Positions 58,901 through 64,000 of a stretch of DNA of 64,000 nt are shown here, one piece after another. The stretch is from the NCBI GenBank assembly GCA_964035575.1, contig OZ037833.1:62001-126000 (forward strand). The letters are read 5' to 3'. The translations under genes and the position numbers were made by a program. The notes beneath the pieces are model-generated. The model made no database searches and was not told where the DNA came from. It was given only the letters and a program-made list of their open reading frames with translations. The stretch's first letter is position 1; each line of letters opens with the position of its first letter. Source of the stretch: Rhynchopus sp. YZ270_cl-10. Its lineage: Eukaryota.

Positions 58901-61900
58901 ACGCCTCTTGCAGCGAGGCACGCACACTCGACACAAACCCACGCCCCTCTAAGTACAGCACCGTGGGATGCCCCTTGTACGTCACAACACGCTGCGGCAC
59001 GTCAGCCCTGCCCTCTGGATACGCGCCCATAGGGTACCCTGACGTGGTGCGGGCAATGACGTCGCCATCAGTGCTGGTGAAGTATTCTCCGTGTGAGAGG
59101 ACGTGCTCGTCGGGGTGTCCCCAGGTGCGTGTCCATACGCCCCAGGCGGTGACGTACTCCACGGTGATGACGAAGTCGAGTGTGACTGTCGTCTCGTGGA
59201 AGAAGAGTGCCGGAGCAGGCCACACACTGAGGCACGTTTTGAGGCGAAGTTCGTGCCGTTGTGTCTGCGTCGGCGACAGTCCAATGGCAGGAGTGTAGGA
59301 GTCGAAGTCCTGCAGGTGGCGTCCCCTCGCAAGCTCAGTGTTCGCATATCGATACGTCTTGCCCTGCCCACGTGGGTCGTACTCAATCGCAACAGGTGTC
59401 TCGAAGCCTAAGGCCTCAGGAAACCAACGGTCGTAGCATGACTCAGACGCAGCGACGAACTTGATTTGCATTCCCTCACGCAGCCCGGTGCCGTTGATCG
59501 GGAGCAGCACAGTAGACGCAAAGACCACTTCGTTCGTTGTGTTGTACGGATGAGGGAACCCAAATGTGTCGCTGATTGCGGCCAGGTGCACAACGGAGAC
59601 GTAGAGCAAGGGGTCGATGCTGAAGTCGGTATGCGCGTTGTTGTCGTTGTAGGCGTACTCCGACACACACAGCCGCTTGGCCCAGAAGGGGAGGGCCGTG
59701 TGCGAGAGGCCCAGCTGCAGCTCGGCGTAATCGTGTGCGGTGGTGCTGTCGTTCAGCGTAAAGTACACAGGCCCGCCGTACGGGAACGTCTCGCCGTACA
59801 GCAGCGTCGAGGCAAATGGTGCAGACGCACCACGTTCCGTGGCGTCGCTTGCACGGCTCTGGTTGGACCAGCAAAAGTCCAGAATCGCGACACGCTGCCA
59901 CGGAAACAACCCACGGCCAAGAACCTTCAGTGTCGGCTGTGTGTTGAAGTGCACCAGCACTGTGTCCTGCGCCTCGTAGCCACTGCCGCCAACGTAGGTG
60001 CCGTAGCTCCCAGTATGCGTCGGTGTGACGGCAACGTCGATGTTGAGCCCAGTGTCCACGAAGACGACTGATGGCGGCGCGTTCACTGCGACGCACACCC
60101 GCAGGCCAAGGCGGTGCTGGTACGTCTGGTTCGTCGTGAGCTGCACGAAAGCCTGGAAGGCGACAGGGTGACCACGCGAGGCTTCCTTCGTCTGCACCAG
60201 AAGCGGCTGTTGCAGGCCGTCCACACGCGATGTGCAGTACGACGTGTAGCGGTCCCACTCACGCACTGTCTCGCTAATGGGCTCAAACTTGACCTGCATG
60301 TTGTGGTACAGATACGAGCCCTCCAGGTTGTGGTACGTCTGTGCACCGTACGCAACTTCCCCAGAGGTGTTGTACGGGTGGCTGTGGTTGGCCAGGCCAG
60401 TGACCTGCGTGAGCTCTGAGATGCTGAAGAAGATGCGCGACTCGATCGCAAAGTTCGCCCCCGAGGAGTACTGCGAGATGCAGAGCTGCCGCCGTTCGAA
60501 CGGAAACGTGACGTGCGCGGCGTCAATCTGTATCGTTGCAAGGGTGGTGGTGTCGTTGCGCACCTCGTTGTTCTCCCACTCGAACCACGAACCAGCACGC
60601 GTCACCACCGCCATGGCACTGTTCTGCAGCGTCGTGTCGGCAAGCGTCGAGCAGTTCTCTGCGATATGCACACGCTGTGTGTCGTACAAACCCGACCCAC
60701 GCAGGTAGAGCATCTGTGTCTTCCCTTTGTAGAAGCGTGTCATCTCCTCCTGCGCGGTCCACACGTCGTACGACTTGACCTCGTAGATCTTGATCGTGAA
60801 GCTCACCTCTACGTCTGTTGGGAAGAAGTGCTCATTCGGGTAGGCCCACGGTGACAGACACAGGTGCAGCCTGACCACATGCCGGTACGTCTGCGTCTGC
60901 GTCAACGTGAACACACCACGCGTCGTCGCTGCGTCTGCAAACGAGGTGCTCAGGTTGAGCGGCGTGTTGTACCCTGTTGTGCCTAGCGTGCAGGATTCCG
61001 AGAATTTGACCTGCATGCCGTCGCGTAGCCCTATGCCGTAGGTGGTGTGGTTTGAGACTGCACCGAAGGGGACCTCCAGGTGCGTGCGCGAACCCCACTG
61101 GTTCGCAGGTGTGCAGCACCCAGCCTCGACAGCAGACACCTCCACCACGGAGATGTCGACCTGCGCCTCGCCTATGCTGAAGTCACTCCCAGAGGAGTAC
61201 TCAGAGAAGCACAGCTGCATGCTGTCAAACGCCACTGCCACGTGCTCGGCCGTCAGGTTCACGACTGCATAGCGGTTGTAGACAGACTCCGTCGAGACGC
61301 CACTCAGCGACACCGGCTGCCCATAAGGAAAGCTGCCCGCCTCGCCGCACGACGGCAGGATCGCCGCACGGTGCCACGAGAAGAGCCCCCACCCCCACAG
61401 CCGCACCTCCCCAGGGCTGCCCTTCACCATGAAGACGTTTGTTGCGTTGCGCCTGATGATCGGGATGCCGTCGTGGTTAGGGTAGTACGGGTCTGCCCGC
61501 CAGGGGTTCACCGGGTAGCCGTGGTCGTGGCTCTTCACATTGTAGGTGTAGTCCTCTGTGCCTTCGCGTGGTGCACGCATCGCAAGGGTACGCACAGTGA
61601 CACCCCAGGACTCCACAGTGAGCGCTTCCAGCAAGCTGGACCAGAGCAGCCCAGTGTCCACCATGCGTGTTGCGGGCTCCGGCCAGACGGAAATGCAGAC
61701 GTGGAGGTTGTGGTTGTGTCGGTACGACTGCACCGTGGTCAAATTCAGATACGATATGGTTCCGTTCGCATTCGTCCCAGTCAGGTTCATTGGTGTGTCG
61801 CGGTCGGTGACGGCAGCAGTGCAGCCGCCGTGCTCAAGCTTGATCTGCATTCCATCACGCAGCCCGGTTCCCTGCAGGCTGTGAGTCGACTCCGCACCGT

Positions 61901-64000
61901 ACGCAGTGTGCACATGACGCTTCTCGTCGATTGACGCAACCTGCACAATGCTGACGTCGATGAAGGTGTCGATCTTGAAGTCGTTTCCTGTACTGTACTC
62001 CGACAGGCAGAGACGCTTTCTGTTGTACGGTGTTGCCGCGTGCAGGCGGACCAGGGAGAAGTTTGCCTGGTGGCTGCCGTCGTAGTTGGACACCTCCATT
62101 GGGATGGCAGTGTCCGTCAGATTCGCGACGTACACCGAACACTCATCCTGAAGCGACGCACGGTGCCAGTCGTGGAAGCCGAGACCACTCAGGTCCACCA
62201 TCTGCACGTCTCCCGTGTACACGCGGATCTCCTCTCCAGGGTGCACACGGACGCTGGGGTGTGCGTCGCCTCCGAACACCTCAGCATGGTGCACCTCGAC
62301 ACGCACGTCCACGAAGAGCCCTGTGTTGAGGAAGACGTCGCTTGGGGGCGGCCACACCGCAAAGCAGACGTAGCGGATGGAGTGTGTGTACGACTGCTCT
62401 GTGGTGACGAGGAAGCGGGCAGGGGAGCGGATGTTGGTCAGATTCATGGGTGTCTCGAGGCCGGACACATCTGTGTCACATGCCTCGTGTTCGTCGAACT
62501 TGATCTGCATGCCGTCGATGAGTCCGACACCGTACGCACTGTGCCACGCAGACGTGCCGTAGATGATGGGCGCCACTTCAAGCGAGTCGACCGACATGAG
62601 CTGCACGACGCTTGCGTACAGGCCAGTCCAGATGCGGAAGTCCCACCCGTCGTGGTACTCCGACACACACAGCATCCTTGAGTTGTACGGTGCAGCCAGA
62701 TGCGCTGCCGTCAGCACTACACTCGCCGCAGTGAAGCCACGCCCCGACGCCGTCACCGGGTACGGATCACTCCCAAACCCACCCGACGCATCGTGCAGGG
62801 TCTCTCTGTAACGCCCGGTCCCCGGCCACGCAAAGGGCTGCTCAATGCCTTCACTGTGCTGCAGGGCTGTGAGGGGGACCGGTGTGCCTGCAGCAGACAA
62901 CGTGTAGACATCATTGTCTGTGGTGCAGTTATCCAACAGCGCTACACGGTGGTGCGCATAGAGCCCTTGCCCCACGATGTTGACTGTCGTCGTGTTGCCG
63001 TGGTACAGATACACCGTGGACAGACGCCTCTGGTGGAAGAGGTGCTGTGTGTCTGAGTATGCGCCATCAGGGGTGCGCGCGTAAGAGTATTCCAGCTGAT
63101 GTGCCACTGCAGGGCGTGTGTGTGCATACGATGTGGCGGTCACGATGTCGAGGAAGATGTCGACCGTCACATTCGTTGCGAAGAAGACAGTGCTCGGTGC
63201 CTGGTAGACAGCAATGCATAGGGAGAGGACCTCGGGCCAGGCGTGCCGGTTGGTCACTTCTTCGTCAAAGGTGAAGTTGCCGGTGGTGTTCCAGACCCCC
63301 GATACTGTCATCGGCGTGGAGCGTCCCGTTGTGTTGTCGCTGTCGCAGCCTCCATGGGGCTCAAGCTTGAGACGCATCCCATCACCTATGTTGTCGCCCT
63401 TCACCGAATGTGTGGTCCTGCTTCCGTAGATCAGAGGCAGGCGGGTGCTCCAGAGCCCGCTGTACCCGGCCACCTCAGAGTGTGCTTCGATCACGTCTAA
63501 GGAGACCACTGCAAATCGGATGTCGACGTCAATGCCAAAGTCCGTGCCCACGCTGTACTCAGAGAGGCAGAAGCGGACGCGGTTGGTGGGCGTGCCGAAG
63601 GCAGCGTTGACGTGGAAGGACTCGAGAAGGATCTCCGCAGACTGCCAGTCCTCCCCGGTTTTGTCTGTGTTGTCCCATCCGGTGATGTTGTCGAAGGACA
63701 CTGATGCGGTGGGTGTGTAGTCCACAACCCCCGCAACGATGCTGCACGCCGGCAGCACGGCGACACGCTGCCACGCAAAGAGGCCCTTCCCCATGAACGT
63801 GATACGCGGTGCGTACCCGACGTAGGTCAACACCGCGCCGTCGGGGTTGTGAGCGTTGTGCACATCCACTGCGCCTGCCTCTGTCCACACACCATAGGAT
63901 GCAGCACGCTCCACCATGATCTTGATGCTGATCGTCACACCCGTATCAAAGAAGAGTGCGTGCGGTGCAGGGTACACTGCGAGGCAGACTTTCAGTGGTG
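28908..64000 (-). CDS. Giant polycystin-1-like (REJ + GAIN/GPS + 3 TM) surface receptor, 5'-partial, >=~11,620 aa; exons >63998-31470, 31419-31204, 31144-29045, 28931-28908 (last exon tentative)
   Basis: The frame is open to the window edge. REJ/PKD motifs LDGSQSYDPN..LTYTW, LVLAPFSLTVGVTYVYKVT, INMPPVGGSFTV; GPS-like CVRW..W..G..CETQGTGVVAV; TM1 IPMAAYFAAFFLLSCGAAY. Two further TMs are recovered by splicing. Confidence 0.9.
28932..29044 (-). other. 113-nt intron (phase 0; acceptor tentative)
   Basis: GTATGC...AACGCAG; AT-rich. Confidence 0.55.
31145..31203 (-). other. 59-nt intron (phase 0)
   Basis: GTATGC...CCCTTTTTTTCAG; joins ..EALRV|AWEVLL. Confidence 0.85.
31420..31469 (-). other. 50-nt intron (phase 0)
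   Basis: GTATGT...AAAACAG; joins ..FYPL|SLLHEEL. Confidence 0.85.

Noticed and set aside
13618..64000. Functional operon linking Amt-AC and the polycystin-like gene
   Set aside because: Co-orientation in euglenozoan clusters does not imply shared function, and nothing in the sequence couples them

Overview
This is a eukaryotic window, most likely a diplonemid or other euglenozoan. That is an inference from four things: all supported genes lie on the minus strand, pyrimidine-tract/AG acceptors precede the starts, the cyclase is trypanosomatid-type, and the short introns read GTATG...CAG. Minus-strand genes from right to left are as follows. (1) A giant, 5'-truncated polycystin-1-like receptor of at least ~11,600 aa, with one open reading frame of >32.5 kb. 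Its order is 16 paired novel repeats, an EF-hand cluster, Ig/IPT-like repeats, DUF11-like domains, REJ, a degenerate GPS, 3 TMs and a cytoplasmic tail. (2) A small 2-TM protein. (3) A twin-CX9C (Cmc1-like) protein. (4) A 1585-aa fusion of a degenerate Amt, an intact ammonium transporter, a class III adenylate cyclase and a degenerate cyclase domain, i.e. a candidate ammonium-sensing cAMP transceptor and the most interesting item here. (5) A five-exon ~1588-aa protein with C-terminal zinc fingers. (6) A 3'-truncated secreted Cys-rich/Pro-Thr-rich/beta-rich protein. The intergenic stretch at ~20.6-25.8 kb is a nest of non-autonomous TIR DNA transposons, microsatellites and a ~1.1-kb foldback. 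All domain calls are by-eye motif recognition; no searches were run.
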